Positions 39,685-54,159 of a stretch of 64,000 nucleotides of DNA are shown piece after piece. This DNA comes from Octopus vulgaris (Eukaryota). Below the pieces are notes generated by a model. The model was not told the origin of the DNA, ran no database searches, and was given only the letters and a program-made list of their open reading frames with translations. The number at the start of each line of letters is the position of its first letter. Position 1 is the first letter of the stretch. The DNA is taken from NCBI GenBank assembly GCA_951406725.2, contig OX597826.1:8742001-8806000 (forward strand), given 5' to 3'. Position numbers and translations under genes: made by a program.

Positions 39685-39890
39685 AGTTAATCCAAACATG
39701 AAAACACAAAGAGAAAACACAACAAACTGAGGACGTGGAACAAATATAGTATTGCTGGACGCTCGGGAAAGAAGGAAAGAAGGAGGGTTTAACGTTTCGA
39801 GCTGAGCTCTTCGTCAGAAACATAGGAAAAGGAAAGATCCAAAGAAGCGAAGACGGAGGGAAGAAATCGCCAACGGTACACACGCGGTCA
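39685..39890 (-). mobile_element. HHR-bearing element, family B
   Basis: Homologous to 49797-49991 and 58755-58990; abuts (TA)n. Confidence 0.8.
39787..39821 (-). ncRNA. Minimal type I hammerhead ribozyme (dimer type)
   Basis: guuu CUGACGA A gagc-uca-gcuc GAAA CG UU aaac: canonical core, 4-bp stems I and II, loopless palindromic stem III. Confidence 0.8.
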
Positions 39891-40014
39891 CGACTACAGA
39901 ATATATAGTAATAAGATAAAACACTCGTATTCTCGTACTATGGAGAGTCTCCGCGAGTCACTGTTGTTATGCACGCATCTGCTCATAAATGTGCGAGACA
40001 CACTTAATCTACAT

Positions 40015-40212
40015 CTTTTATCTTTTACTTGTTTCGGTCATTGAACAGCAACCATTTTGGGTCATCGACTAGTCGAAAAAAATCGGCCTTTCCTTTTTTG
40101 AGTCTGGTACTTATTCTACCGATCTCTTTTACAGTTAAGTTTCAGGAACGTAATGAAACCAGTACCGGTTGTCAAGCGGTGGAAGGAAAAATACACACAC
40201 ACTCACGCATAA

Positions 40213-40252
<40 letters not shown>

Positions 40253-40253
40253 G

Positions 40254-40307
<54 letters not shown>

Positions 40308-40435
40308 TGTGTGTGTGTGTGTATTTGTGTGTGGATGTACGACGGGCTTCCACTCACAGCTTAAGACAATACTAGAAGACACTTGACTAAGATGCCGCAC
40401 AGTGGGACTGAACCCGAAACGTCGTGGTTACAAAA
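40015..40435 (-). mobile_element. SINE family 1, degenerate
   Basis: Reverse-complement match. Confidence 0.75.
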
Positions 40436-41042
40436 CATGAATGTAGCCTCAGTATATTCATGGCTGCAACGCCCTTAATCATGTTTCTTCGACCAGGTTT
40501 GTCATGGGGCTAAACAGGAGCAACAACTAAAATTACTATGAGAATCCTATCCCGTAATTTCATAGGGATCTACGATTGCATCAACCTGTGAATATTCGTA
40601 TTTCTCCGACGATGAAGTGTGATCTTCGGTATATATATAGCTGCTATTTCTAACAATTTGAGTGACCACATAAAGGTCTCACTCTCGGAGTGTCGTCATT
40701 GCCACACTGTTGAATTATTTGGTCGTGTGTTCACTACTATTTCGGCCATCTTAACGTCCTTTTAACGAATAATATTTATATGAATGTCCTTACACACATG
40801 CATGTAGTGATACATGCATTTATTCATAAATGCACGCATGCGTAGACAAATATTTCTTTCAAGATCTTTAATGGAGGTGAAATCTTGAGATTTATCTTGA
40901 ATAGATTTCACATCAAAGAATCTCAATTGATTAATCTCGACAAGTGGAAACTCTCAACAGTTTCCCCTGAAGAGTTCTAGTTATGGAGATCAGGGGACAG
41001 ACAGTTGGAGATATTTAATGGTTAGGTGGACAGGCATGTTGG

Positions 41043-41084
<42 letters not shown>

Positions 41085-41118
41085 CATACATACATACATA
41101 CATACATACATACATACA

Positions 41119-41150
<32 letters not shown>

Positions 41151-41414
41151 GAGAGAGAGGTACATACATACATACGTACATACATGCATGCATAAATACA
41201 ATACATACACACATACATACATACATACATACATACATACATACATACATACATACATACATACATACATACATACATACATACACACGTACGTACGTAG
41301 GCAGGAAGGCAAGCAAGCAAGCAGATAGGCAAGTAGGCAGGTTGGTAGATTGATAGAAATAACTAGATAGCTAGACAGATAGATAGATAGATACATACAT
41401 ACATACATACATAC

Positions 41415-41465
<51 letters not shown>

Positions 41466-41587
41466 CATACATACAAACTTACATATATATATATATATAT
41501 ATATACGTAGGAAAATCGATATGTAAGTATGGAGACATGAGTTTGTAGGTATGGAGAGAAAGAGAGGAAAGTGACAGACAGACAGAC

Positions 41588-41700
<113 letters not shown>

Positions 41701-41871
41701 TGTAACGATAGGTTCATATGTAAACAAATAAATTTGCAATGTGTAAGGAGATCTAAATGTAAATCGATAACTACGTGTTCGATTAATTGATTTCTATTAT
41801 GGTTTCGGTGATTAGTAGTTGGAGTGATAGAGTAATTAGAGAGTAAATGAGGGAGGGATGAATAGAATGAA

Positions 41872-42262
41872 TGAGTGAGTGAGTAAGGGAGTGAAGTAGT
41901 GAGTGAGTGAGTGAGTGGGTGAGTGAGTGAGGAGGTGAGTGAGTGAGTGAGTGAGTGGGTGAGTGAGTGAGGAGGTGAGTGAGTGAGTGAGTGAGTGAGT
42001 GAGGAGGTGAGTGAGTGAGTGAGTGAGTGAGGAGGTGAGTGAGTGCGTGAGTGAGTGAGTAAGTGAGTGAGTGAGTAAGTGAGTGAGTGAGTGAGGAGGT
42101 GAGTGAGTGAGTAAGTGAGTAAGTGAGTGAGTGATTGAGTGAGTGAGGAGGTGAGTGAGTGAGTGAGTGAGTGAGTGAGTGAGTGAGTGAGTGAGGAGGT
42201 GAGTGAGTGAGTGAGCGAGTGAATGAGTGAGTGAGTGAAGTAGTGAGTGAGTGAGGGAGGGA
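41872..42262. repeat. (GAGT)n microsatellite with periodic GAG interruptions
   Basis: Direct reading. Confidence 0.95.
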
Positions 42263-42389
42263 GGGAGGAGATGGCCCGGGGGAAGCGTCAGTGTTGCAGA
42301 TGCAGTCTTGTAATATTGTCAGTGCAGTTTCTTCAGGAACCTAACTGAGAGGTATCCGTCCGGATGATATGTCCATCCGGAATCACTTT

Positions 42390-42524
42390 TGTAGTAAGAA
42401 GCTTGCTTCCCAACCACATCTTTCCGCGTACAGTCCCACTGCGTGGCACCTTGGGCAAGTGTCTTCGAGTAGAACTAAGCTTAGTGAGTGTATTTGGGAG
42501 ACGGAAACTGAAAGAATGCCGTCG

Positions 42525-42555
<31 letters not shown>

Positions 42556-42577
42556 TTATGTCTGTGCTTGTCCCCCC
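42390..42577 (+). mobile_element. SINE family 1, 5' half
   Basis: Match to head and CORE-like segment. Confidence 0.8.
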
Positions 42578-42784
42578 ATACCGTTCTTTTCCTTAAATGT
42601 TTATTCCTTGAGTTTTATTTTTTATTCCTTAGATTTTCACTCCTTAAATTTTTAATATTAAGTTATTATTATTTATTATTTGCATTTCTATTCATTTGTT
42701 CATGTTAAGTAATATTATATTGAAGATATAGAGTATCATGGAAGTATATAAGAGATAGGGGTAGTGAAAAATGTTGAGCAATCC

Positions 42785-42884
42785 AGACCTGAAGATTGGG
42801 AGTATGTCGTCCCGAGTAAGTATTGAAACTAGATACCTCGTATCTAATCAATACCGACGTACTTTCATGAAACACGCGTAGTCT
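42785..42884 (+). ncRNA. Type I hammerhead ribozyme with a very long stem II
   Basis: agac CUGAAGA u [ugggaguaugucg...guauuga...uagauac cuc guaucua...ucaauac cgacguacuuuca] u GAAA cacgcg UA gucu; predicted cleavage after 42880. Confidence 0.8.
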
Positions 42885-43134
42885 TATAAACGGAAAATAC
42901 AGGTTTCAGAATAGATATAGTTAGTATGAAATTTAATTTTTAACATTTTATAGAGTGATGGGTATAAAACCTTTCAGTTTTGATTGAGTTGAAGGTGGTT
43001 CTGTCTCTAAAATTACTTTTATATATACGAATTAAACACTGAGAGATGTTCGTTTTAGTACATCTAATTTGAATGTCTTTTTCCTGTGTACTTGGAAGTA
43101 ATATTCCCTAATAATTTTTGTATATATATATATG

Positions 43135-43325
43135 GCTTAAATTTACAGGAAAGCAAAAGACGAAGACAGGTGTATGAACAACAAGCAGGTGTGTTAGTTT
43201 GACGCTCGGAAAAGTGAGAAAGTCTTTTACGCTTCGGGACTACGCTCTTCAATACAAAAGAATAAGACAAAATAAACAGGGAGAGAATAAAAAAAGCTTG
43301 TGGATTTAGTGATCAAGCATGGCGA
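43135..43325 (-). mobile_element. HHR family A, degenerate copy
   Basis: Homology to 4931-5124; core decayed (uguauugaagagcguagucccgaagcgua). Confidence 0.7.
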
Positions 43326-43801
43326 CTGGTTGGGGAAAAAAGTTTGACAGGAGAGGTAGAAAGAAGGGGAGATTATAAAGTATTGGTGATTCCAAAACGA
43401 AGGTTGCGTGTGTGTGTGTGTGTATGTATATAGGGGCTAGTGACTTTGGCGTATGGATATGTGCGTGTGTCAGTGTGTGCGTGTGTCAGTGTGTGCGTGT
43501 GTCAGTGTGTGCGTGTGTCAGTGTGTGCGTCTGTAATGTGTGGTTGTGAGGATTAAGGTGTGTGGAGTGGGATATGGGAAGTAGTCAGTGCTAGTGTGTG
43601 TGGAATGGTGTGGGGAATGGTGTGGAATGGTGTGATGTGGTGTGGCAATATGCATATAAAGTGACAAGGGTGCAAATAGAGATAATATGACTGATGAGAC
43701 ATAATTACGTACATTCATATACAGTTTACATTCCCGTCAATGTAAGATCATCATAAGGAAGATCTTATTGTCTGGGTGGAGTACATTTGTATGAATATAT
43801 G

Positions 43802-45074
43802 TGCACAGACATGCAAGAAGTAAACAGACACCTTTAATTTTCAAAATCCTTTATTTATTACGCAAAGCGAACAGTTGAAATATAATCGATAGGTAGGACT
43901 ACATGCTTTAGTATTTAGCTGACATTCCCTTTGTAGTTTTTAATTCAGAAACTCTTTTTGGCATTGAACTGATGAGCTTTGTGATTGTCTCTTGTGGAAT
44001 TTCTGCCCACTTTTCACGCAACAATCGAAGCAATTCATCTTTAGATTTAGGTTACTGTCGAGTTTTTCGTATAGCTCTATCTAGTATGCTCCAAAGATTT
44101 TCAATTTGGTTCATGTCAGGAGATTGGCTCGGCTAATGAAGCTTTTTGATCTCATTTTCAGTCAGCCATTGTTGATTCCCTTTCGTTGTGTGCCATGGAG
44201 CCCCATCTTCCATGAATAACAACTCATTCTTCGTTATGTTATCGTGTAAATACATCGGAAGTAGTCCTTGCTTAAGTATTTCGATGTATTTTTCAGAGTT
44301 TATGGTTCCAACACATTCGATCAGCTCAGAATGACCATTGCTGGTGACAGTTCCCCATACCATTTCAGGGATACCGCCATGTTTCACAGTTGGTTGGGGT
44401 CGTTTCAAATCAAATTCTTGATTGGGAAGCCTCCAGACCCAAAAACGTCCACTGTCTGAAAATAATGCAAATCTGGATTCATCTGCGAAAATCACTCTGT
44501 CCCAAAATGAACTGGATGCTTCTGACGTCTCCTTAGCCCATTTCTTTCTTTTCATGATATTAATTGGTTGAAGAAGGAGTTTTCTAGCTGCTCGTCCATA
44601 ATACACAAGCTTATGCAGATATATAACACATGTTCTTGGACTAACTTCTAGCTGTTTTGCAATGTCAGAAGCCTTCGAACAGGGTTCGTTTTCCACAATT
44701 ATCTTCAAACGGCGAAGCTTCCTTTCCGAGGGTCCAGGTCGGCCGTGACGAGAATCTGTTGATTCTTTTCCTTGGCTTTTGAATTGAACTATAATTCTAT
44801 TAATTCAAGAGGAATTTGAACATTTTCGGCAATTTTTCGCTGGCTAGGACTAGCTTCAGTTTGCCCAACAATACGACCGCTTTGAAAATCTGACAGTTCT
44901 GCTGAATATTTTGTGCATGGCATGGTTACTCTTCGCAAATGTTTAATATAATGGCACCTGGAATGGAAAAGGAAAATTGCATTGTAAATTCTACACCGCT
45001 GAACACATATTAAGACGTTTAGATCAGAAATTTTGAAAATTAAAGGTGTTTTTTACTTCCTGCATATCTGCGTA
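43802..45074 (-). mobile_element. Full-length Tc1 (DD34E) transposon, inactive
   Basis: About 45-bp imperfect TIRs at 43802-43847 and 45030-45074 around a transposase pseudogene. Confidence 0.92.
43908..44923 (-). pseudogene. Tc1 transposase pseudogene
   Basis: MPCTKYSAELSDFQSGRIVG...VIFADESRF...PTVKHGG...MEDGAPWH...H*PSQSPDMNQIENLW; 34 positions between D and E; stops and frameshifts. Confidence 0.92.
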
Positions 45075-45223
45075 TATACAGACATGACGGAGTAAATAGA
45101 GAACCCTGTAATCGTTAAAGTTTATTTAAATCAGAAATTATACATTCAAATTATTTATTAATTTTTATAATGTGAATATTTAATATTTAGCAGACATTAT
45201 TAGGCATGTTAATTATATATATA

Positions 45224-45585
45224 CTAGCAGTATCGCCCGGCGTTGCTCGGGTTTGTAAGGGAAATAACTATAAAGCATTTTTAGAGAGTTATAGCCAAAA
45301 AATGGAAAAAAATGATGGTAAATTTTTTTAGTTAAAAAGGTCGAGTTGCGTCCCCTAGACAGTCTGTGGTTTGTGTTTCTGATTCTCGACCCCATGTCGA
45401 ATTTATCGATTTTTTTCAGAACTGGGGGAACTTTTCAAAATTTTCGCTGCGTTAGTTTTGAATTATGACATTGGGCTATGTGTGTGTCAAGTTTCATCAG
45501 AATCGGTTGAAAGCCATGGTCAGGGTGAGGGTACAACCTGACAGACACACAGACACACAGACAGACAAACTGCCGTTTATATATA

Positions 45586-45586
<1 letters not shown>
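45224..45586 (-). mobile_element. Non-autonomous Helitron
   Basis: Minus-strand 3' end cccgagcaacgccggg hairpin then CTAG|T; 5' ctatatataaacggcag. Confidence 0.8.
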
Positions 45587-45639
<53 letters not shown>

Positions 45640-45791
45640 TAATAAATAAATAAAACATATGCATATACACATACATATATGTACGTACCTACCTCTACAT
45701 GTATATATACATGCATATATGGGTACAGGACACCAAAAAAAAACGTCGAACACAATGAGAAACGAAAACATAAACACAAAACCAAAGAAAT

Positions 45792-45824
<33 letters not shown>

Positions 45825-45826
<2 letters not shown>

Positions 45827-46040
45827 AGGGGGTGATAAATGTTCCTGGCTTTAAGGGTATCATGAAAGGTGTGGTTGGAGGCCCAACCTTCCGAATTCTT
45901 TTACACGGCTTATAAAGACTGAAGGACCGCTGCAAAAACTGCGTGAATCTGAGAGCGGAATGTGTTGAATAAAATCATAATTAACTGATCCTCCTGCACT
46001 TTGTTTTACACAAATCCAGACACTTTTCAGCATTCCCTCG
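45825..46040 (+). mobile_element. Mariner-derived MITE retaining the transposase C-terminus
   Basis: Imperfect TIRs caagggggtgataaatgttcctgg / ccagacacttttcagcattccctcg; encodes LKDRCKNCVNLRAECVE*. Confidence 0.75.
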
Positions 46041-46142
46041 TGTGTATATAAATATACATATATATTTATATATGTGTATACGCATACATACGAGCGCTCA
46101 TTCATACACATGCACACATATACACATACACATGCACGCACG

Positions 46143-46174
<32 letters not shown>

Positions 46175-46175
46175 A

Positions 46176-46207
<32 letters not shown>

Positions 46208-46245
46208 ATATATATACATATACATATACATATATATATATATAC

Positions 46246-46299
<54 letters not shown>

Positions 46300-46408
46300 C
46301 ATATATATATATGTATATATATATAATTTCAACAATTGAGGGTAAAATTAATTAATTAATCAATTTCACCAAGTATTCAGTATACAAAGGGACCATTTAA
46401 GGCGAATT

Positions 46409-46845
<437 letters not shown>

Positions 46846-47350
46846 GTATGTATATATATTTATGTATGTATTTCCATATATGCGTATATACATTCACGTA
46901 TGGAGACACACAGATAATTACAAGGCAGAATACTCACCAAATAGGAGCAACAGTAACAAGAACATCACGAAGAACTGAGTCAGAATGAGGATAATATTAA
47001 TGAGTACATACAAACATACATACATACATACATACATACATACATACATACATACATACATACATACATGCATACATACATACATACATACATACATACA
47101 TACATACATACATACATACATACATACATACATACATACATACATGCGTATGAACATACAGTCAATGACGATCTTATAATTTAAACATAGATAATATCAT
47201 CCAGGACTGTAATATCAGATAGCTAACACGACAGAGTATATATGATGTGAAGGATATTCAGCTACTGTTTCTAGCAGATCGGCTAGTTTGATATATAGTT
47301 AGAAAAAACAAGCTCACGGTTATATTGGTGTTGGAAAGACTCGGAGAAAC

Positions 47351-47834
<484 letters not shown>

Positions 47835-47886
47835 TCAAAGAAAATAGAAACAAAGAAAATAGAAACAAAGGAAATAGAACCAAAGG

Positions 47887-47945
<59 letters not shown>

Positions 47946-48832
47946 CATGGATATGACTATATTTGTGTTAGAAGGGAGGGGTCAGCTTTTATCGCATTTT
48001 TCATTTGAGAATTGCTGTTAGATTTATCGTTCCAATGACTCCATATCTCCGATAATAAAAACAAACAACAAAAGACTTCTAACAAATTTTATATTACATC
48101 TTAACTCAGATCACCAGGGACATTTCAGCTGCAATTGGAATATCGCATCACGGATTTTTCCGCTAACGTTGCTGGGGATCGGACATCTTTCTAGAAGCTA
48201 TATTAGGCGGGAAAGCTTTGATGAAAGCCAGATATATAATTAGTAATTTAGAATCCAAACCCGTGTGACCAAAGATATTTGACAGATATTTTGCGCTCCC
48301 AGTTAAGTTTCTAGCAAGCAAGAAATCAAGCGACTTTTTCCTTAATTCAAAGGTCTTTTGCTGTTCACAGTAAATGGCATTTCACGTCGTTTTCTTGCCA
48401 TAAAGTGTACAATACACAGTGGGATGGCGAAAATTGGCCTGTTTGACTTTCGTAATCGCAAAAATACCAAAACGACACAATCTAGCATGTTTATTATTTG
48501 CTCACCAGTACACAGTACGCAAATTCATCTTGAAACATAGAACGCGAATATTAAAGAAAAGCAGAGAAAATCTTAACACAAACATACATACACAATGACA
48601 CTTGTTCATTGATATGTATGTGTGGGTATGTGTGTATTTGTCTATGCAAGAAAATTCATATGTATATAGTCATATATATATACACACACATTTGTTTATA
48701 TATGTATATACATACGAATATATATATAAACATATATATATAAATATATATATATATGTATGTATATATATATATATATGTATAAATGTATCATATTTAT
48801 ATATACACATTTATATATATATATATATATAT

Positions 48833-48868
<36 letters not shown>

Positions 48869-48908
48869 AAATGTATAATATTTATATATACACATTTATA
48901 TATATGTT

Positions 48909-48959
<51 letters not shown>

Positions 48960-48964
48960 ATATA

Positions 48965-49132
48965 TCACTTTCACTTTCACTTTGACCGACCAGTCCGTCA
49001 GGCATCCATTTGACACCGTTGGTCACAGCACGCTGTCCACTCCTCTGTGGATCGCGCCTTTCTCATCCACGTGATCCCAATCGTCCTCTTGAAATTGTCA
49101 CTCCGCCGTCGTGGAGGTCTTCCGGGTGGTCT
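48965..49132 (-). mobile_element. RTE LINE 3' end with (AAGTGA)n tail, inside (TA)n
   Basis: RPPGRPPRRRSDNFKRTIGITWMRKARSTEEW matches the RTE C-terminal pattern GRPxxRWxD...W..A..R..W. Confidence 0.8.
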
Positions 49133-49404
49133 TATATATATATATATATATACACACGCGCGCACGCGCGCACACACACACATACACACACACACACACG
49201 TTGATATCAAACGAGATATCAAAGTTGATATCAAAATGAGAATGAGTACTAAACAACGCATTGGTGGATAAATAATTTTTACTTGTGAGTTAAGGAGGCT
49301 CCCATTGGTTTCATGTTCGGAGAGATATTGCTTAACGATTATCAAACCTGTCACATGGAATATATATATATATATATTTATACACTCACACGCACGCGCG
49401 CGTG

Positions 49405-49668
49405 TGGGTGGATTTGGTAGACCGAAACTGAAAGAAGCCCGCTGTATACATACAAATATGAATCTGGAAGAAGCCAGTCGTATATATACAAATATATATA
49501 TATATATATTATTAGCGTCTTTCAGTTTCCATCAACCAAATCCTCTCACAAGGTTTGGTCGGCCCGAGGCCATAGTAAAAGACACTTGCCCAAGGTGCCA
49601 TGCAGTAGGACTGGACCCTAAACCATGCGGTCGGGAAGCAAGCTTCTCATCACAAAGCCACGCCTGTG
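49405..49668. mobile_element. Two opposed SINE family 1 fragments
   Basis: Plus fragment 49405-49480 and minus fragment 49515-49668. Confidence 0.75.
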
Positions 49669-49717
49669 CCTATATATACATATTTATACACACATATACA
49701 GTATAGGTATGTATATA

Positions 49718-49753
<36 letters not shown>

Positions 49754-49796
49754 TGTATGTATGCATGTATGTATGTATGTATATATGTATGTAATG

Positions 49797-49991
49797 TAGA
49801 TTATCCAAACATGAACAAAGAGAAAAGACTACAACGCAAGGATGTGGAACAAGTATAGAGTTATCGGATGCTCAGGAAAGGAAAGAAAGAAAGATTTAAC
49901 GTTTCGAGCGGAGCTCTTCGTCAGAAACATAGAAAAGGGAAAGATCCCAGGAAGGGAAGACGGAGAAAGAAAATCGCCAACGATACACACG
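49797..49991 (-). mobile_element. HHR-bearing element, family B
   Basis: Homologous to 39685-39890. Confidence 0.8.
49894..49928 (-). ncRNA. Minimal type I hammerhead ribozyme (dimer type)
   Basis: guuu CUGACGA A gagc-ucc-gcuc GAAA CG UU aaau. Confidence 0.78.
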
Positions 49992-50315
49992 TTGTTTGAC
50001 TTTCGTAATCGCAAAAATATGGGTGAAGAAAAAGTTCTTTCAAAGACAGGAGAGTGCAAGAAAAAAGGCAAGAGAAGGGATTGAAGGTGTTGGAGGAAGG
50101 AGTGGAGGTCAGGCATGGTGAGAGGGTGTGAATGTCGGTGTAGGTGTAAATGGTGGTGACAAAAGGAGAAAAGTGGAAGCAGAAGAAAGAAGAAAGGTAA
50201 AAAGAGGACGAGAAGAAGTGGAAGAGTCACGGACAAATTTTTTGATGATTTCCAATCACAATTACAGTGGCATACTCCAGATGAATGGTAACAGTAATCC
50301 GTAATGGTAATAGAA

Positions 50316-50531
50316 GGCGGCGAGCTGGCAAAATCGTTAGCACGCCGGACGAAATGCGTAGCCGTATTTTGTCTGCCGTTACGTTCTGAGTTCAAAGTAC
50401 GCCGAGGTCGACTTTGCCTTTCATTCTTTCGGGATGACATCGGCCCTGGGGTCAATGTAATCGACTTAATCCCTTTGTCTGTCCTTATTTGTCTCCTCTG
50501 TGTTTAGCCCCTTGTGGGTAGTAAAGAAATA
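50316..50531 (+). mobile_element. SINE family 2 with 17-bp TSD
   Basis: GGTAACAGTAATCCGTA at 50287-50303 and 50532-50548; 12 extra nt before the head. Confidence 0.9.
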
Positions 50532-50688
50532 GGTAACAGTAATCCGTAGGTGTAAAAAGGCCGGGGTCCATGTATGTATGTATGTATGTATGTATGTATG
50601 TATGTATGTATGTATGTATGTATGTATGTATGTATGCATGCATGCATGCATGTATGTATGTATGCATGCATGTATGTATGTATGTATG

Positions 50689-50719
<31 letters not shown>

Positions 50720-51412
50720 GCATGTATGTATGTATGTATGTATGTATATATGTATGTATGTATATATGTATGCATGCATGTATGTATGTATGTATGTATG
50801 TATGTATGCATGCATGCATGTATGTATGTATGTATGTATGTATGTATGTATGTATGTATGTATGTATGTATGTATGTATACGCACAAACTCATACGCCAT
50901 TTTTACTTCAGTAGTATATTATATCAAATACTCAAATTAATGTTGTCCGAATTTTTTATAGCTAAATCAGTAAATTTATTTTCTTTTCTCTATTTATGGC
51001 TAAATTTCGACAAATTTCTCTTGTTTTAAATTAAAATTCTGCAATGTAAGCAATACGTCTCTTTTTTTTTCACATCCATTCTTCTATCAAAAGAATAGAT
51101 ACGAAAACTTTTACGCCATAAGTATTTAGATGTAATGCAGCTCTCACGTTTAAAGCAGTAATTTGTCAAATTATATAATCACTTTTAAACAATGGAGTGT
51201 ATATCCACCAACCTCGAACGTGCTAACAGAATTAACAGTTGCCGTCGGCTGTATTGTAACCAAGCGATGCTTCAGAGCCGGGAGTGGAAATGAATTTTAT
51301 ACATTAGTCGTTCGATATCTCGGGGCAACCGTCTAAGTTACGTTCAATTTCACATGTTTGTTGCTACAGTTATTTTCTTTACACTCAGTTATAATACAAC
51401 CCAACATTTGTG

Positions 51413-51475
<63 letters not shown>

Positions 51476-51543
51476 GGTATGTATGTATGTGTGTGTATAC
51501 ATATATATATATATTTATATGCATGTATTCTGGATATGTATAC

Positions 51544-51606
<63 letters not shown>

Positions 51607-51960
51607 TATTCCGTAGAATCTTTTCTAGAAAGCTTATTGTAAATCGCTACCGATTTCCACTCCATCAAGTATACTCGACCAGCGAAATTATATGAGTGCC
51701 ACTGTTTTTAAGTTTTTTTGTTTTTTGTTTTTTGTCTTTCTGTTCTTGACTGATATATTTTGCTTGTTATGTTTATCACTTCTGGTATCTTAGAATTCAT
51801 TGACTCGAAGAAGGACCATATTTAACAATGACACAACAAATAAATGTTTTGGGATGTTTTTTTTTTGGGGTTTTTTCCCTTTTGTTTCACTGTTTTATTT
51901 GGTTATATTTTATAAAAAATACTTGCCCTTTTTGTTTTCAATATCTTAAATGAGGATAAA

Positions 51961-52092
51961 GCAGCGAGCTGGCAGAATCGGGGTCGATTAAATAAGTACC
52001 AGTTACGCACTGAGGTCGATGTAATCGACTTAATCCCTTTGTCCTTGTTTGGTCCCCTCTATGTTTAGCCCCCTGTGGGCAATAAAGAAGTA
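51961..52092 (+). mobile_element. SINE family 2, internally deleted, with 16-bp TSD
   Basis: 20-nt head joined to the central domain at tcg; AATATCTTAAATGAGG at 51940-51955 and 52093-52108. Confidence 0.85.
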
Positions 52093-52670
52093 AATATCTT
52101 AAATGAGGTGAAACCTAGGGATGAAACGGCAAAAAAGAAACGGGGACGTTCGCCTTTATAGAAATAGCAGCCAAATATCTTCCAAATTAGTATTTGCTGT
52201 TTTCAACTGTTTAAATACTGGAATAAACTTACTGGATAACGCAGTCAGAGATACACTGCGACCAAAAAGACAAGATAGCTCTACTCAGATACTCTGTGGA
52301 ATCAGGTCTAGCTGATTCAACAAGTATTAAACATTTGTTACTATCAGTAACACAAATTCTGCTGGGGATTTTAATGCAAAAATATCTATTTTTATCGTTA
52401 CCAAGATGAATGCTGTCGCTACAACCGATGACAAAGAAATGGTGTCTACACCGAGATAGTTCGAAGCTTATTGTTGATGGACAATGTATGATATCAATGG
52501 CCGTCATGAGTTTCTTGAAGTTAGTCGGTCATGGTGTATGGCTGCCGGTACGTCCATTGTTTTTGTGTTGTGACAGTGCCGTGGTCTGCTGCTGTTGTCC
52601 ACTATCTCTATATCTTCTGATTGCTACCAGCCGCCTGGTCGCTGCGGCAAAAATGCGCTATATATATATA

Positions 52671-52990
52671 TCTCTTATTATAAAAGGCAGATTTTATCTG
52701 CCTCCCTTTGGGAGTTATACAAATCTACAATATAGGATTTCTTCAATTACAATTTACCTAGCAGTTTTAAGAGTACAATGCATCGCGTCATGCCAGGTCC
52801 AGTTTTTAAAATTTAAACTCCAATTAAGCAAAATTTACAGAAAACTCACATTCTGGTGTGTGTGTCAAATGCTTTTCTTAGTCTGGTTTACACCACACGC
52901 AAACGCACACACACAGTGTGCTACGAATAAAGTGAAACTAATTCAGTGTGTTGACAGGTAGACAATAGAATGCGATGACGACTATGACGC
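52671..52990 (+). mobile_element. Possible Helitron 5' portion
   Basis: A|TCtcttattataaaaggcag start resembles the other Helitron 5' ends; no 3' end seen. Confidence 0.4.
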
Positions 52991-53392
52991 TGATAGATAC
53001 ATGAGTAAAATGTATGGGAAGCTAACACATAAGAGTGAGTGAAAATGTTCTTGGAAGAGAGTAAATAGCCAGAGAGTAATAAAGTAAACATACACTCATA
53101 CATACATACATACATACATACATACATACATACATACATACATACATACATACATACATACACACACATACACACACACATACATACATACACACACATA
53201 CATACACACATACATACATACATACATATACATACATACATATACATACATACATACACACACACACACATACACACACACACAGTATTGAAGCTTGAGA
53301 ACAATCAGATACATCTGCAACACATCTGTTGAAAATATTATTGTTCACACACATACATATACATATATACATACAGAGAGACAGACAGATAG

Positions 53393-53423
<31 letters not shown>

Positions 53424-53550
53424 ATCCAGCATGGCCACAACCTCAAGGCTGAAACGTATAAAACAATAACAGAATATAAATGTGTGCATGTGTGAGAGAG
53501 AGAGAGTGTGTGTGTATATGTATGTATGTATGTATGTATATATATATATA

Positions 53551-54140
53551 ATAATGCGGTTTTTTCAACAGCTTGAACTAAATGTCAGAGGGGAATGGGA
53601 TAAACTACTTATATTAACTTGCTATAAAAGCAGGTAGTAATTTTATCTTGTCCTTATTCATAGTGCAAGTTTTGAAGAGTGCATTTCGATTTTAACAGCT
53701 ATTTTTTTCAAAGCTATATTGGAAGTAACAAAGGAGCATATTTGGCATATTTTGCTTTATGAGTTCAATAAAGACAACAACGCAACGGAAAGTACAAGAA
53801 ATATTAATGCAGTATATGGGGATTGGACAATAAGCGTAAGGCAGTGTCAATGGTGGTTCCAGAAATTCCGAGCCATAAACTACAGCCTAGAAGACGAGCC
53901 TCATCCTGAAAGATCTGTAGAACTCGACAAGGACATCCTGAAAACCCTGGTGGAACAAAATCTCATCGTAACTGTTGAGGAACTAGCAGAGAAGCTTGGA
54001 TTTGGTCATTCAACCATTCATTGAGACCTGTGTGCTATCGGAAAAGTCAGCAAATTGGGTCAATGGGTTCCTCACGAACTTTCCGAGTCTAATTGCATGC
54101 AGAGAGTGAATGTATGCTTTTCTTTGCTGTCACATCTCAC
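53551..54140 (+). pseudogene. Mariner transposase N-terminal fragment
   Basis: HIWHILLYEF...WFQKFR...SLEDEPH...EELAEKLG...KLGQWVPHELS; internal stop; truncated. Confidence 0.9.
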
Positions 54141-54159
54141 CACTACTGCGCTATGTATA

